In this document: positions 1 through 23,311 of the stretch, piece by piece
Numbering within the stretch: the first letter of the stretch is position 1
Layout of the letters: each line of letters begins with the position of its first letter
Source: Camelus dromedarius
Lineage: Eukaryota
Length of the DNA stretch: 64,000 nucleotides
Reading direction: 5' to 3'
Assembly: GCF_036321535.1 (NCBI RefSeq)
Contig: NC_087462.1
Span: 4,960,001 to 5,024,000 of the forward strand
Notes under the pieces: model-generated
Told to the model about the DNA's origin: nothing
Databases searched by the model: none
What the model saw: only the letters and a program-made list of their open reading frames with translations
Position numbers and translations under genes: made by a program

Positions 1-232
1 TACATGCCCCCTGCATGACCTTGGTCCCATCTCAGCCCTGTCTGGGCCTTCGTCCTCCCTCTGAGCTGGGGTATTGGATCGGCCTTGTGACCAGCAGGGG
101 CCCAGGGCGGGCGCTTCTTCCAGGCACAGCTCCCAGGAACATGTGATGAACAGAGGTTGGGGTGGGGCCCCACGCACTCCTGCCCGGGGGTGGGAGGCAG
201 GGTGAGAGGGCTCAGCCTGTCTGGTCTCTCTA

Positions 233-1394
<1,162 letters not shown>

Positions 1395-2384
1395 GGTCCG
1401 TGCTCCCCTCCCCTGGGCCCCGTCCCTGTCTCTGCTGGCCTCTGCCCCGGCCCCGTGACAGAGAAGGCTTTTTAGGAGACTGGGGTGTGGGCGGGGGGAG
1501 CAGATACCCAACCCCAAATCCGCAGCTCATGCCCCATCTGCTCCCACCCAAGCTTAAGCCCCATAAAGATGATCCAGATAATTGTTTTTGCAGCGTGATG
1601 CCGGGGCGGCCGTTGAGGTAGGAGGCAGGGTGACCTGGGTTTGGACCTTGCTGGCCCAACAGGACTCACTGGGCTGTAAGGACTTTCAAGTGGGGTGCAG
1701 CGGTCCACCAGAGCAGTGTCCCCACAGCGGGGAGCTTGGGTTGGCTGGGCAGGGCAGGGAGAGGACAGGTCAGTAGGGCAGCTCAGGTGAGCTCTGCAGC
1801 CCACCATTGGGAAACAGTGTAGGGTGTTCCTGCTGCCACCTCCCGTCTTGCCCATCCGTATCTGCTGGAAACACAGTTACCATCTGCAGGTGGTGGGAGA
1901 AGAGGAAGCTGGGTCGCAGGGCTCCTGCAGTGCCACCAGCTAGCCTACTTCCACCCCTTCCTCTACTCACTGTCCCTGGCTCTGGCTCCCCTTCCAGGCC
2001 CCAAGACAAGAAGTTCTGGGACTCCTGTCTCTCCATCACCAATGCCAAGTTGAGCTGTCTTTTCTGATCTGTCACCCCAGTCCAGCGAGGGGACAGGAGG
2101 CAAGGAGGAAAGCCCCTGCTCCCTCCCCCAAGCAGCTGTGGTGTCCCCCACAGTGCCCCGGGAGAAGATGCTGCTGGGAGGACCCCCTGCACCCCATCCC
2201 TCCCTAAGATGCCTTTCTGGAAACCAGTTAGAGTTTCTTCTCAGAATCAACAGGCCACACCATCACCACCCCTGCTCAAGTGCAAAACTTGGTCCTCCTC
2301 CCCAGGCAGCCGTCCTCCATCCAGAGCCCACATTCACACCTTCTCCATGGCCCCAAGACTCTGATGCCACGCTCCTCCATGGGT

Positions 2385-2820
2385 GAATGAGTTTCCTGAG
2401 CTGCCTTAACAAAGCATCACAAACTGGGTCGCTTAAAGCAACATACATTTATTGTCATACAGTCCTGGAAGCCAGAAGTCTGGGATCAAGGTGTCGGCGG
2501 GGTTGTGCTCCTACAACCTGGAGGAGAGGAGCTCTCCTTGCCTCTCCCCGGGTTCTAGTGGTTGCGGGCAGACCTTGGTGTTCCTTGGCTTGCAGTGGTA
2601 GGACTTCAGTCTCTACCTCTGTCATCACAGACGTTCCCCCGTGTCCTTGTCTTCATGCAGCTGTCACAGACATGGGTACCACTTGTATTGCGTTAGGGAC
2701 TCACCCCACTGCAGTACGACCTCATCTTTACTAATTGTGCCTGCAATGACCTTATTTCCAAATAAAAGCACCTCCTAAGGTACTGGGTGTTACGGCTTCA
2801 ATATACATTTTCCCCCAGCA
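2385..2820. mobile_element. MaLR (MLT1-type) solo LTR relic
   Basis: Typical MLT1 text: gctgccttaacaaagcatcacaaactgggtcgcttaaagcaac ... ctgcaatgaccttatttccaaataaa. Boundaries approximate. Confidence 0.7.
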
Positions 2821-4771
2821 GGTGGGCAGAGTACCCTTTAGCCCATAACAGCGGTAGACCCCGGTCACCCTCACTGAGTACAGTGAGGGGCAGTAGACCC
2901 TACAGATTCTCACCACCAGGAGACAGGCTGAGAAGCTAGAGGGGGTCCTGGCTTCCTCAGGGTCACCCAGCTTCCCCCTTTGCCCCTGCAATCCATCTGT
3001 GCCCCCAGGGGCTGCAGGGGTCCCCTCCTTCCCCCGCTCAGAACTCTCCCTTGGCCCCCATTGTCCTCAGGAGAAAACCTGAACACCTTGAGATAATGGG
3101 AATGTTCTAAAATTGACTGGTGATGGATGTACAACTGTGAATATGCTAAAAGCCATTGAATTGTACTCTCTCAGAGTGGGCGAGTTGTACACCATGTGAA
3201 TTATGTCTCAATCAAGCCATGAAAGAGAGAGAAAGAGAGGAAAGGAGGGAGGGAGGGGGAGAAAGAGAGAAAGAAAGAAACAGAAACAAAGAGTAGGAAA
3301 AAGGAAAGAAAACCCCAAACTCCTACCTACGGGGACCAGCCATCCTGATTTGCCCTGGACTGTCTCAGTATTAGCGCTGAAAGTCCTGGGTCCCGGGAAC
3401 TTCCCAATCCCAGGTAAATTAGGCTGGGTTAGTCCTACCACGTTCCACTGAGGTCTGACCTCTGCAGCCCCTCCCACCTCACGTCCTGCCGGCCCCCCTT
3501 CCCCACCCTCACCTCACTCCAAGCGCTCCTCTGACCTCATCCCCTGCTTCTCTCCACATGGTTGCTTCTTGGTGTTGTTCAGGATTAAGCCTCAAGGCCA
3601 CCCCTCAGAGTACCCCTCTGGTACTACCCCCCATAAAGCTCCCCCCTTCCCCAGCGGCACTTGCTGTCAGGTTACTGTTTATTTTCTTATGGCATAATTG
3701 ATAATTTCTGTCCCCATCTCCTCCATTCAACTTTAAGTGCTGTCTGGCAGGCTTTCTGGTTTTATTCACTCTCTTGGGTTCCATGCCTGTCCCATTAAGT
3801 GGCATCTGGCCGACTCTTAATAAATGCGGCCAAATAAAGGCATCAGTTCAGGACTGAACCAGTTCGGGAGTCTGCATTCGCGCATGTGCGTCACACTTTA
3901 AATCCAGGACCTCATTTGTATGGGCTCTGCTGTCTGGGTCTATGTGAAGAGGTATCAGCCCTTTGCTGGCGCACAGCAGGGGCAGGCCCTGAAATTTCCA
4001 GTGGAGTGTGACTTGGGGGGGGGGTGCGCGCGCCCCCGCGTGCAAGCGGAAGAGCATGCCACTGAATCCACGTGTGTATCAGAAGGGTAGTGCCAAGCAT
4101 ACCTCCCGGGACAGACTCGTGTTTCAAATCTCAATAGGCCTACTCAGCAGGTGGCCTCAAACAAGGGTCCGGCCGAGCCGCGGTTTCATTGTCTATCCTG
4201 CACCCCCTTTCAGGGTCTCTGGCAGGAAAGACGGCGAATCTGAAACAGGTCCTTGGCACACAGTAGGTGACGGCTTAGCGCCAACCCAACCCTCCAGGTC
4301 TCCGCCTCTGTTTATCAAATGTCGCTCAAGCCCGCTGCTGCTGCTAAACTCGGATACAGAAGGTAAGTGGGTCCCGGTTTGCGGCCCCGCGGTTCCGGGT
4401 GGACACACAGTACCCTTCAAACACAGAAACTTCTGGCGGGTTGGGACTATGCCTGGGGAGGATTAAGGGGTTATTATTGTCCTATGATCCCACGTTCTCG
4501 CTGCACACAAGCTAGGGAAGTCTGTCTGAGCTCACGCCTGTGAGCTTGTCGTCAGGGTGTGTCCCTCCGGCGGCTCCCTGCGCTTCTGCGTGGACGCCTC
4601 TGCCCGTGGGCTCAGCGAGGAACCCATCTTCCCCGAGACCCGACGGCGGGGCGGGGCCAGGTGCGCAGGGGGCGGGGCCAGGTCCCGCCGGGCGGGGTCC
4701 ACAGGGATGACGTGCAGGGCCACGCCCCAACCTTGGGACAGACCCGGAAGCGGCGGCGCCCCTGGGGGAAG

Positions 4772-13231
<8,460 letters not shown>

Positions 13232-13274
13232 CCCGCCCACCCCTGCCTGACCTGCCCCTCTCCCTTTTCAGATA

Positions 13275-13280
13275 AATAAA
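13275..13280 (+). terminator. STXBP2 polyadenylation signal
   Basis: AATAAA 44 nt after the stop codon. Confidence 0.8.
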
Positions 13281-13939
13281 CTCCTCCCTCCTCTCTGCCA
13301 GCTGGGGCCCGTATCGCTTTCTTCCCAAGGGAGCCATGCTAAGCAGCCTCCCATAAGTCCCATTCCCTACCTGTGCCTCAGGCCCCACCGCACCCCATCG
13401 TCCTGCCAGAGGGCGTCTTAAGCTCTAATTTGAATATTGGCTCCAAGATCTACTAGCTGCTAGGCTTTGGCCAACTTGTGGGCCTTTCCAAAAGGCCAGT
13501 GATGGCAGCCACTTCTCAGAGAAGATTGGAGATGGTGCCGGAAAGCTGATGGCACAGGAGCATGACAGCTGCTGTCCCTCCACTGGCACAAGAGTTATCG
13601 TGGCCTCCCTGATGGGACTGTTAGTAGTGTTATTTACAAGCATCCCTCATTACAGGCATCCCCATGGCATCCGATCTACTCTGCTGGTGGTGGGGGACCC
13701 CAAGCCCACACTGGAGGAATTGGGGTGCCAGCTGCCCCTAGCCCTTCAGGAACTATTTCAATGGGGCCTGGAGCCACACAAGGCCAGGGGTCTTCTCTAG
13801 GCCCTGGGACCAGCGTCTGCATTTGTGTGAGGACAGACCAGACAAACAGCCAATGATGCCTGCTTCCTACCGCAGAGAGTTAGCATCTCCCTGCTCATCC
13901 TCCTCCCCGCTTCTCTCAGGGTATTCGGAAGTCCTAACC

Positions 13940-14355
13940 GCAGGACTTAGCAGAGCCTTTACTGGGGGTATGAATTTGCTAGCACTGCCACAACGAAGTA
14001 CTACATCCTGGGCAACCTAAACAGCGGAGATTATTCTCTCACAATTCTGGAGCCTAGGAGTCCAAGACCACGGTGTTGGCAGGGTCGGTTTCTCCTAAGT
14101 TTCTCTCCTTGTCTTATAGATGGCTGTCTTCTCCCTGTGTCCTCACGTGGTCTCCCCTCTGTGTTTTTGTCCTAATCTCCTCTTCTTATAAAGACACTAG
14201 TCTTTTTGGATTGGAGTCTACGCTAATGACCTCATTTTAACTTAATTATCTTTTAAGTCTCATCTCCAAATACAGCCACATCCTGAGGCATGGGGGTTGG
14301 GGCTTCAACATATGAATTTTCTGGGGACACAGTTCAGCCTATGACACTCAGCTAA
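13940..14355. mobile_element. MaLR (MLT1-type) solo LTR relic
   Basis: ttattctctcacaattctggagcctaggagtccaag ... ggcttcaacatatgaattttctggggacacagttcagcc. Boundaries approximate. Confidence 0.7.
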
Positions 14356-16494
14356 AACAAGATGTGAACCCACAGCATGAATAAGATAGATGAAGGCCCT
14401 TCTCTCTTCATCTGTCTTAGAGAGATAGACGAAGCCCAGAAAACACAGCCAGGGCAGCAGTCTGAGGCACAGGGAGCTTTAGGAGCCCGGAGGACATAGT
14501 GATATACTCAGCCTGGGGCAGTCAGGGAAGGCTTCCTGGAGGAGGTGAAGCTTAAGAGAATGAAAATTAAGAGGAGTCCAGGAAGGGAGAGAAGGGTGCA
14601 GTGGAGGCAAAGGCAAGAGGGTGGAATAGAGCCGAAGGGAAAGGGTCTTGAGGGATGATAGTCTGAGAGCCACATGGGACCTCAGTGAGGATTTGGTCCC
14701 CACTAGGGTGATGGGAAACTACAGAAGAGATCTGAGCAGGGGCAAGTGGGGGCCCAAGTCTAATGTTGGTGATGAGGCTCAGCTGGGATGGGTGCCTGGG
14801 GTGGGAGCCCTGGTGTCTGGGCAAGTTGGGTATAGTGCCCCCCAGGGGAGCACTACTTATTTCCATCCTGTCCCCTCTGGTGATGTGACCAGTCCAAGGT
14901 CAGGACCAGGAGGGCGCTGGCAGACACGGGACCCCCAGGGTCCTCCTTCCCCACCCACTGAAGACTTAGGCCTGATTTTGAGGTCACCTATCCTTTTGAG
15001 AATTCAGGGAAATCTAAGGGCACTCTTCCCAGAAAAATCCCACACACCGTTTTGCAGGTGGGGCTTTGGAGAAGCAAAAGAACCCTCTGATGCAGCAATT
15101 CTAAGATTTACATGAAACTCCTAACCAGGCAGAAAGACGTGCAATGTCGTCGAGTACAAGGGGTGCGACCAGCCCTGGATGCAGGGCTCCCCATGCGGCT
15201 TTGGGGAGGGGGGAGTGGGAGAGAGATGGTTTTAAGGTTTAACATTTAAACTCTGCTGCCTGGGAAGCGGTGGTTTTCCTCCAGGACCCGCTTATGTAGG
15301 TAAGGGCTGTGAGCACCAGAAGGCGCTGTGGCTCAGTCGGCAGGTTGCTTTGCTCTTTGGCGTCTGTAACTGGAGATTGGGTGACCCTAATTAGAGACGG
15401 CGGGGGTCGGGGGTGGGGCGGGAAGTAGGTCACGAGTTACTCAGTAGTTCTCAGCGGCAACGAAACTCTGTTGCTTAAATCACCTCGGCCTCTACCCCTT
15501 GTTTGTACGTAGATGACGGGAAGTCCCCCACCGAAGGAAGTGTTGATTCTACAAATAGTCAAGAGCCCCGCCCCCCGCCCCACCCCCCGGACACACACAC
15601 CATGGGCCAGAGCAGCCGGTAGTGTCAGGGCCCCAGCCGTGTCCCAGGTACCATGCCAAGCCCTCCACATGCAAAGAGCAGAATTCTCAAAACCCACCTA
15701 TGAGAATAAAATCCAGCCTCTTTCTGCATCCTGTGACGACGCATCACCCCAGGGGCTCCATACTGTTAACGTCGCTACGATTGGCAGTGGGGTGTAGGGG
15801 GCGGAGAGGTGTCCCCTGGTCCCCAACCACTCTCCACACAAAGGTGTTAGCAGCCATGGACTCCTGCCACCTGGACCCTCTTGAGGATTATTTTCAACGT
15901 TTTCATTCCTTTCGCTGGAATTAGCTAGGGTCCTTCTCGAAAGAACTAGCCCTCAGGAACTACTGTAGTCGGTTTGTACGGAAAGTAACAACCCGATGCT
16001 TTTTCTCATGTGTTATTTGTGGGTGTGGGGGATCCCCAGGAGGCAGCTGGACACGAGCCCATCTGGGAGGCCTCGGGTGGGTACAGAGCCCAGAGTCACC
16101 CGTGGTCACGTTACAAGCTTATAGGAAGCACCCAGGAACCACTGGCTACCACAGTGATAATAATATATTACTACAACATTAGCATATACTATAGTAAAAT
16201 ATTATTCATATAATAATAAATTATGATTTTTTAACACTCAATCGGTCCAGCCCTGGGCTAGGCGGTGGTTCTCAGGATGTGCTAGGAGAGATGGCTCCAC
16301 AAAATGAGAAAAAAAAGGATTGCTCAGGGCAATTTCAGTGCTTTGGAAGGTCAGAGGGCACCCCAGGGGGTGGGGGCGAGCACTGATGTTCAGGGACACA
16401 TCAGAGGGTCATAGTTCTTAGCGCGTGCTGTGCAGGGCAGGGGCTCTTCTAGGAAAACACCTCATCCAAGTAATGGGAGGGAAAGGTTTGTGAT

Positions 16495-16685
16495 NNNNNN
16501 NNNNNNNNNNNNNNNNNNNNNNNNNNNNNNNNNNNNNNNNNNNNNNNNNNNNNNNNNNNNNNNNNNNNNNNNNNNNNNNNNNNNNNNNNNNNNNNNNNNN
16601 NNNNNNNNNNNNNNNNNNNNNNNNNNNNNNNNNNNNNNNNNNNNNNNNNNNNNNNNNNNNNNNNNNNNNNNNNNNNNNNNNNNNN
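16495..16685. other. Assembly gap
   Basis: Run of N. Confidence 1.
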
Positions 16686-17125
16686 TTTGAAGCAACATGG
16701 ATGGATCTAGAAATTATCGTACTAAGTGAAGTAAGTTAGAAAGAGAAAGACAAATACCATATGATATCTCGCCTATATGTGGAGTCTGAAAAATGATTCA
16801 AATGAACTTATTTGCAAAACAGAAACAGACTCACATAGAGACACAGAAAGCAAACTTATGGTTACCAGAGGGGAAAGGATAAGTTGGGAATTCGGGATTT
16901 GCAGATACTAACTACTATCTATAAAACAGATAAACAATGAGTTTCTTCTGTAGGGCACAGGGAACTATATTCAGTAGCTTGCATTAACTTACAATGAAAA
17001 AATATGAAAATGCATATATGTAAGTGTACAGGTGACTGAAACATTATGCTGTACACCAGAAATTGACACAACATTGTAAACTGGCTATACTTCAATAAAA
17101 ACAAACCAAAACAAACCAAAACAAA
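16686..17125 (+). mobile_element. L1 3' end (artiodactyl type) with A-rich tail
   Basis: gcaacatggatggatctagaaattatc ... gtacaccagaaattgacacaacattgtaaactggctatacttcaataaaa. Confidence 0.85.
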
Positions 17126-17789
17126 AATGTGAGGGTCCCAGGCATGCTGGAGCTGCCAGCTGGGTCAGGAGGGGTGGTGGTGGGATGGTGAAGCCCCTGG
17201 ATCCCCCGGGGCAGAACAGAAGTACTGAGACCTCTGAGGGAGGGTCTGAGTGGCCAGGGTCTGAGTGGCCCCCAGGGCAGGAAGGGGAAGTCATTGTGAT
17301 TCAAGGAAAGCTGTGGAAGGGAGAAAGGTGAAGAAGAGAGAGGGCCAGCCTCCCAGGGGGACCCAGAAGTCAGGAAGTAAAGCAACCTTCCCCCTTTTTT
17401 TTTTTTTTTTGGTAAAGTTGCTCAAAATTTGAAAACACAAGTTAACCAACAGCTGCTGCCAAGAATGTTGTGAAAAGCATCTGGGGGTGAGGTGAGGAAA
17501 CCACCCTGCGAGCGGGAAGGTTCTGTTCCAGTTGGGGGGAGCACCATGGGGGTCCCCAGGGCTGAGGTGTTTGAGGGGACAGGACAGAGAGAGGAAGTCC
17601 TGGCTGGGGGGGTCCCTCACCTTGAGAGACCACAATTCTCTGAAACCACTCAGAGTCTCAGTCCCAGTCAGCGGCTGAGGCAATTCTGGGAAAATAATGA
17701 TTAAAAAAGGGACACTGATGAAACATTCACTATGTGCCTCATTCTCTGTTGTCTACATAGATTCACACAAAGTCCTCGCTTGATGGCAT

Positions 17790-18830
17790 AAGTCAGATGG
17801 AGAAAGACTGTATGATCTCACTTATATGCAGAATCTATTTTTCCCCCAGTTTTGTTGAGATAAATTTAAGACGTAGTGATTTAATTCATATATACTGATA
17901 AAATAAATGTTCACATATTGCAGTGTGAGGAAGTCATTCTGGCTTATCCATGAGTTTAGCTTGAATTTTATGCTAACTAGAACAGCCCGTTTAAGGCTTA
18001 TCAAACACACACTGTGCATCTGCTTTAATTTTTTTGTTTTGCCATCTCCCAGGCTATAGCTTTCAGTTTGGCTCAAAAAAAAAAAAAACTCTTTTCTATT
18101 CCTGTTCCAGTTTTACTGATTATTTTCATAGACAATAGATTGCAAAATGATCATCATAATAAGGTTAGATGGCACATCTAACAGCCCCTCACATAGTTAC
18201 CGAGTGTGTGTGTGTGGTGAGAACTTTTAAATTCTACTGTCTGACAACTTTGAAATACACAATACACAGTATGGTTAACTAGAGTCATCATGTTGTACGT
18301 TACACCCCCAGAATGTATTCGTTGTTTAACTGGAAGTTTGGACCGCCTTCACCCATTCCCCCCCCCGACCCTGTCCCCACAACCCTGGCAATCACCCAGC
18401 TGTTCTCTGTTTCTATGAGTTTGGTCTTTTTAAGATTTACATGCGGAATCTAAAAAAGCTAAGTTCATAGAAACAGAGAATAGAATGGTGGTACCCAGGG
18501 GTTGGGGGTGGTGGTGTGGAGGAAACAGGATGATGTTGATCAAAGGGGACAAACTTCCAGTTAGAAGATGAATAAATTCTGGAGATCTAATGCTCAGCAT
18601 GGTGACTCATTAACAATACTGTTTTGTGTCCTTGAAAGTTGCTAAGAGAGTGGATCTTCAATGTCCTCACCCCACACAGACACAAAAAGGTAACTACAGG
18701 AGGTGTTAGAGATGTGAACTAACCTTATGTGGTAATCATTTTGCAATATACACATGTATCACATTGTCATGTTGTACACTGTAAACTCACACAATGTTAT
18801 GTGTCAATTGTATCTCAAAAAAGCTGGGGG
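17790..18830. mobile_element. Older L1 fragments in mixed orientation
   Basis: L1M-like 3' UTR text such as gttcatagaaacagagaatagaatggtgg ... gtcaattgtatctcaaaaaagctgg. Boundaries approximate. Confidence 0.7.
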
Positions 18831-19651
18831 GAGAAAAGCACTCACTTAATCTTCACCCAGGCCCTGTGAGATCATCCCTAAGAATAATCCCATTTGACAG
18901 ATGGGGAAACTGAGGCCCAGAGGTGCTTAGCCACTTGCTCAAAGCCATGAAGCTAGTAAGTGGCTGAGCTGGGACTCGATCCCTGGAAGTGGGTTGCAGC
19001 CTCCTCAGGCATCATCACCACTACAGCATCCTTGAAACTCACTGGCATCTGCTTTTATTGCTTGGATGCACCTGGCTGGGGAGGGAGGGCAGGTATGGAA
19101 GGAAGGGGCTGGGGCGACAGCTCGTCTAAGAACCGGGCTGGGTAAAGGGGGTTCTACAAAACTGTTCCTGCCTGCCCCTTACTTTGCCCTGCATGCCCTG
19201 TATTCCTCCTCAACCCACTCCTTGTACCCCCCACCTCATGGCATGGGTGGGAAAATGTCTTGGTTAAAAGTAAGGACTTTGGCATCTGGTAAATCTGGAT
19301 CTGAAATCTCCCCTTTGGCAGTGACTCAGCCTCATCCAGTGTCAGTTTCCCAACTGTGAAATGAGGAACGTGGTGGAGGCTGTCAGGAAGCTGTGGCCAG
19401 ACTCTCCGATCCATCCCCACACCGTTCTCTTTTACTCACTGTTTCTCAGCTGGGGAGGGGGTATGCAGCTTACTTCCTAACCCCTTCCTCATTTCTTGAT
19501 TACTCCAGGTGAGTAGGAATATTGGGGAACTTTTCTAAACTTCTGTAATCTTTGAATGCCTTCCTACATAGGGACATTTCATTTCTGTCAATTTCTTTCA
19601 AAGAAAAAGAAAAGCAGCAGGAATATTTTCAAAAAGCAGTTGCTCCCCCCC

Positions 19652-19737
19652 TTTTTTTTTAATGGAAGTATTGGGGATTAAACCCAGGACCTCATGCAGG
19701 CTAAGCATGCACTCTACCACTGAGTTTTACTCTCCCC
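19652..19737 (-). mobile_element. Camelid tRNA-derived SINE
   Basis: Reverse complement of the SINE head with a poly-T tail. Confidence 0.8.
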
Positions 19738-21274
19738 TGTTCTCTTTCTCTCTCTTTTTTTTTAATTAAGGAAAACTGGGACAGTGACTGGCCATCCGGG
19801 GAGCCCCCACCCCTCACTTCTTAGGGCTAAAATGTGCAGGTCTGGGAATCAGATTGCCTGGGCTCAAATCCCAGCTCCTCCACCAACTGGCTGTGTGACC
19901 CCAGGGCAAGTCACTTAACCTCTCTGGACCTCAGCATCCTCTTTTGTGAAGTAGAGCCAATAATCATATCTACCTGACCGGGTGCTGGCGGTGATTAAGT
20001 GAGGTCATATGTGTAAATAGCTCAACACAAGGTTAAGCATTCAGCAAACAGTCGACATGATCATATCAGAACTGGCCAGAGAGCCCCCAGATGAAGGACC
20101 AAGCATATTCTTCAAGGAAGCGAGAGGCTCAAGGAGCCGGGGAACGCTGAGAGGCAGGTGTGGGTCTCCACAAAGGAAAATCTCTGAGTGGTTAACACTG
20201 GGAGTCGCCAGAATTCTCACTACCCAAACTCAAGGCTCTGTCTGGCCCCAAGGTCCTACCAGAGCCACCCACCTGTCCTCTCCCGACTTATGCTGCCCAC
20301 AGGTGCTCAGACTCCCATTCTACAAGGTGGATCCCATCCCCCAGCCCTGGGGCCCCAGGTCAGAAGTGTTTATGGAAAAGAGGCCAGGCTCTCCAGCTTT
20401 TGCTAAAGAAATGTGGCGGTGTTCCAAGGCTTTTACTTTAATTTTCTGACATTCATATGGAACAGGAAGCAAGTGTCAATGGTTCTTTTCTGATTTGGCC
20501 ACCTGTCATTGCGACATCGTCAGCAGGCCAAGTGATTAAGCAAGGCAACCAATCAGAAGCGCAGGGGGCCTCTGCATGTCAATTTTACAGGAAGTGGCAA
20601 CAGCTTCCAGTCTTCAGGGTGATAACAGGCCCTTTTGTCCAAAATAACTTCAAGGACAGATGTATATTAATAGAGGCGAGAACAAGCTGGTAACACTTAT
20701 GAATATTCACGAGGTCTGCAGTGCACAGGAAATCCACTTGTATGGGGCAGAAAAATTCTCCCTCTCTGTGGCTTCAGGACACAGATTTCTTTCAAATCTT
20801 TGGGAAACTCCCCCCCCCATTATAATTTAAATTATAAGTATTTGGTGGTGGTGATGTTTACACAACTGTATGCCTTTGTTAAAATTCATAGAGCTCAGTA
20901 AAAAGGGTACATTTTACTGTGTGTAAACTACACCTTATTTTTTTAAACCCAATACTTGGGGAAATCAAAACATTCATGCAGCATGCAGGTATATACACTC
21001 GTCAAAATGCATCCAACTGAACACTTAAGATAGATGCATTTTATTGCATGGAAATTATAATTCAATAAAATTGACCTTAGCAAATTATAAGCATGTGATT
21101 ATTCTATTGTACATTTTAAAGATCTAACTCTAGAATTTTATTAGGTAGTATTAGATGCAAAATTAAGGGCACTAGAGCTCAATTTTGCTGGTAGAAATCA
21201 GGGAGAATGAAAGGATTTTTAAAAAGAGAATTAAGAGACTGTCGATGAAAATAATCAGCAAGTAATAGTAGATG

Positions 21275-22215
21275 TCAACTGAAAAATGTACAACCTAGAA
21301 GCTGAGAATTGCGTTTTATTTGGTGGACAAAACTGAGGACTTAAGACCGGGAGACAGCTCTAAGATCGCTCTGAGGGACTGCTCCAAAGAGGCAGGGAAG
21401 GAGCCAGGATATATAGGAGTTTTGCAACAAAAACCACGTAGTTGGAACATCAAAAGATTATTGTTAATTAAAGAAAACAAGACATGCCAAGTTAATGAAT
21501 TCAGTGCTTCTCCTTGTATGGGAAGATGCAAGAGTCCGGGCTCACTGAAATCATTCCTTTGACGTGCACCTTAGCTATCCAGGGCCAGTATCCTCCTGTT
21601 CTTTCCCATCCTGAGATCCCCCTGGGTGCAGCGTTGGGGATGGCCGCAGTGGCCGAGGGCTTGCTGGTGGCATCCTGTTTCCATCCTGATTTCCCTTCCT
21701 CAAGGCTCACCTCTGGGGGCAGCTATAGTGGCTGATGGCTTGATGGCTGCTGCATCCTTTGTTTACTGATACGGCAGGCTATATTTTTCAACCACATAGG
21801 AATCGAAAAGTTTTATTGAGCCAAACTGAGAACTACAGCCCGGAAGACAGCCTCTCAGATAACTGAGGAACTGCTCCAGAGAAGTATGGTTTTCAGCACA
21901 GTTTTTTGTCTTGTCAGAACAAAGAGCATCGAACAAATCAGGGATACATTCCTTCAAGATTTAAACAACAACAGCAAAGACCAGCATGCACACAGCACAG
22001 AGTCAGTATGGACTTGACGCCTGGGAAGGGAGTCTTATCATGAAAGGAGTACCAGCCTTGGTGTCCCAGGAAGGGAAGCATTTAATCTTTATTTTTGACA
22101 TGGACATTCTTGACATCTAGTCAATGTGCCCTTTTCTTTAATAATTAAAGCAGATGTAGAGTGGGTGTTTGGTGGGCCACAAACAGGCTGTTTTAGCTAA
22201 CATCACGTTCAAGGT
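21275..22215 (-). mobile_element. Stacked ERV-type LTR relics
   Basis: Two related copies of an LTR-end motif (gttttatt..aaactgag..gacagc..ctgag..actgctcca) at about 21310 and 21810; the same family recurs near 57660. Family name not assigned. Confidence 0.6.
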
Positions 22216-22542
22216 AACTCATGCATAAGCCAAAATGACTTCCTCAAACCTCAATGTGTGAACATTCCTTTCATCTGGCCATCTAAGGCTCTTCCCTGAC
22301 ACTGAACGAATGGTTGTCAAACTGGGTCTCCAGAGAACCCCACGGGTTCTACACCCCTCCCTGCTTTTCACCCAACCTGTAGTCAGAGCTCCGCGCTTCT
22401 GCACCCTTCAAAAGCTTTTCCCTGAAACGTTCTGAGACTAAAGGGTTTTGAAAAATGAGAGCTTTCCAAGAATGATTTTTGCCACTTCCCAAGCTACCCT
22501 GTGCCCCAGCTAGGTCTGGGGGTCTTCAAGAAAGAGAGCCTC

Positions 22543-23010
22543 TGTGTAACCAAGCAGGACCCTGTGGGGCCTTCCAGGGACAGACCCCTCCCCCATGTCC
22601 TCTGCTGCAGCTCCTCTCTGAAGCACCTAGATAATAGCATCTCATGTGTATTTCCTGAGTTTTTCAGATGCTAAAAATCACCACCAAAGGAAAGAAATGA
22701 ACTACTTGATTATTCATAGCATGTGGACCCCAGACCTCCTGGTGCCTAGGGGTTGATAGTATTGACCACCCTGTTCCCTCCAAATCACTCAATCAGAGGA
22801 CTGTGCATGAGTTGATCACGTACCCTGCAACCCCCTCCCTCACCTGGCCTTTCAATATGCTTTGCTGAAACCCTTTGGGGACTTTGGGGTTTTCTTGGGC
22901 ATGAGCCACCCTGTCCTCCTTTCTCGGCCCTGCAATAAACCTTTCTCTTCTCCAGACTCCAGCGTTTCAATTTGTTTGGCCTCATGGTGCAGCAGGCACA
23001 CGAACTTGCC
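22543..23010 (+). mobile_element. ERV1-like solo LTR
   Basis: Starts tgtaaccaagcaggaccctgtggggcc and has AATAAA near 22935 with a typical R/U5 end. A related copy lies at about 31525. Confidence 0.65.
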
Positions 23011-23311
23011 TCTGGAATTCATTTATTCCAACCAGACTCTCTGCCTTCCCACCCCACAGGTTTTCTTTCAGTTCCTCACACTGGTACACGGTGTCCCACC
23101 CCAGAGCTTTAGGATATGCAGTTCCCTCCACCCAGAAAGCCCCTGCTGGCCTGTTCTCCTGGTGAACTCTTGCTCAGTTGCTCCAGTTGCTGCCCAGCCA
23201 TCTCTTCCTCCATAAGAACTTTCCTAGATTCTTCCACTGGAGAACAGATTTTTTTTTTTGAGGGAGAGATATAGTTGATTTACAACGTCAGATTTGTTTC
23301 AGGTGTACAAC

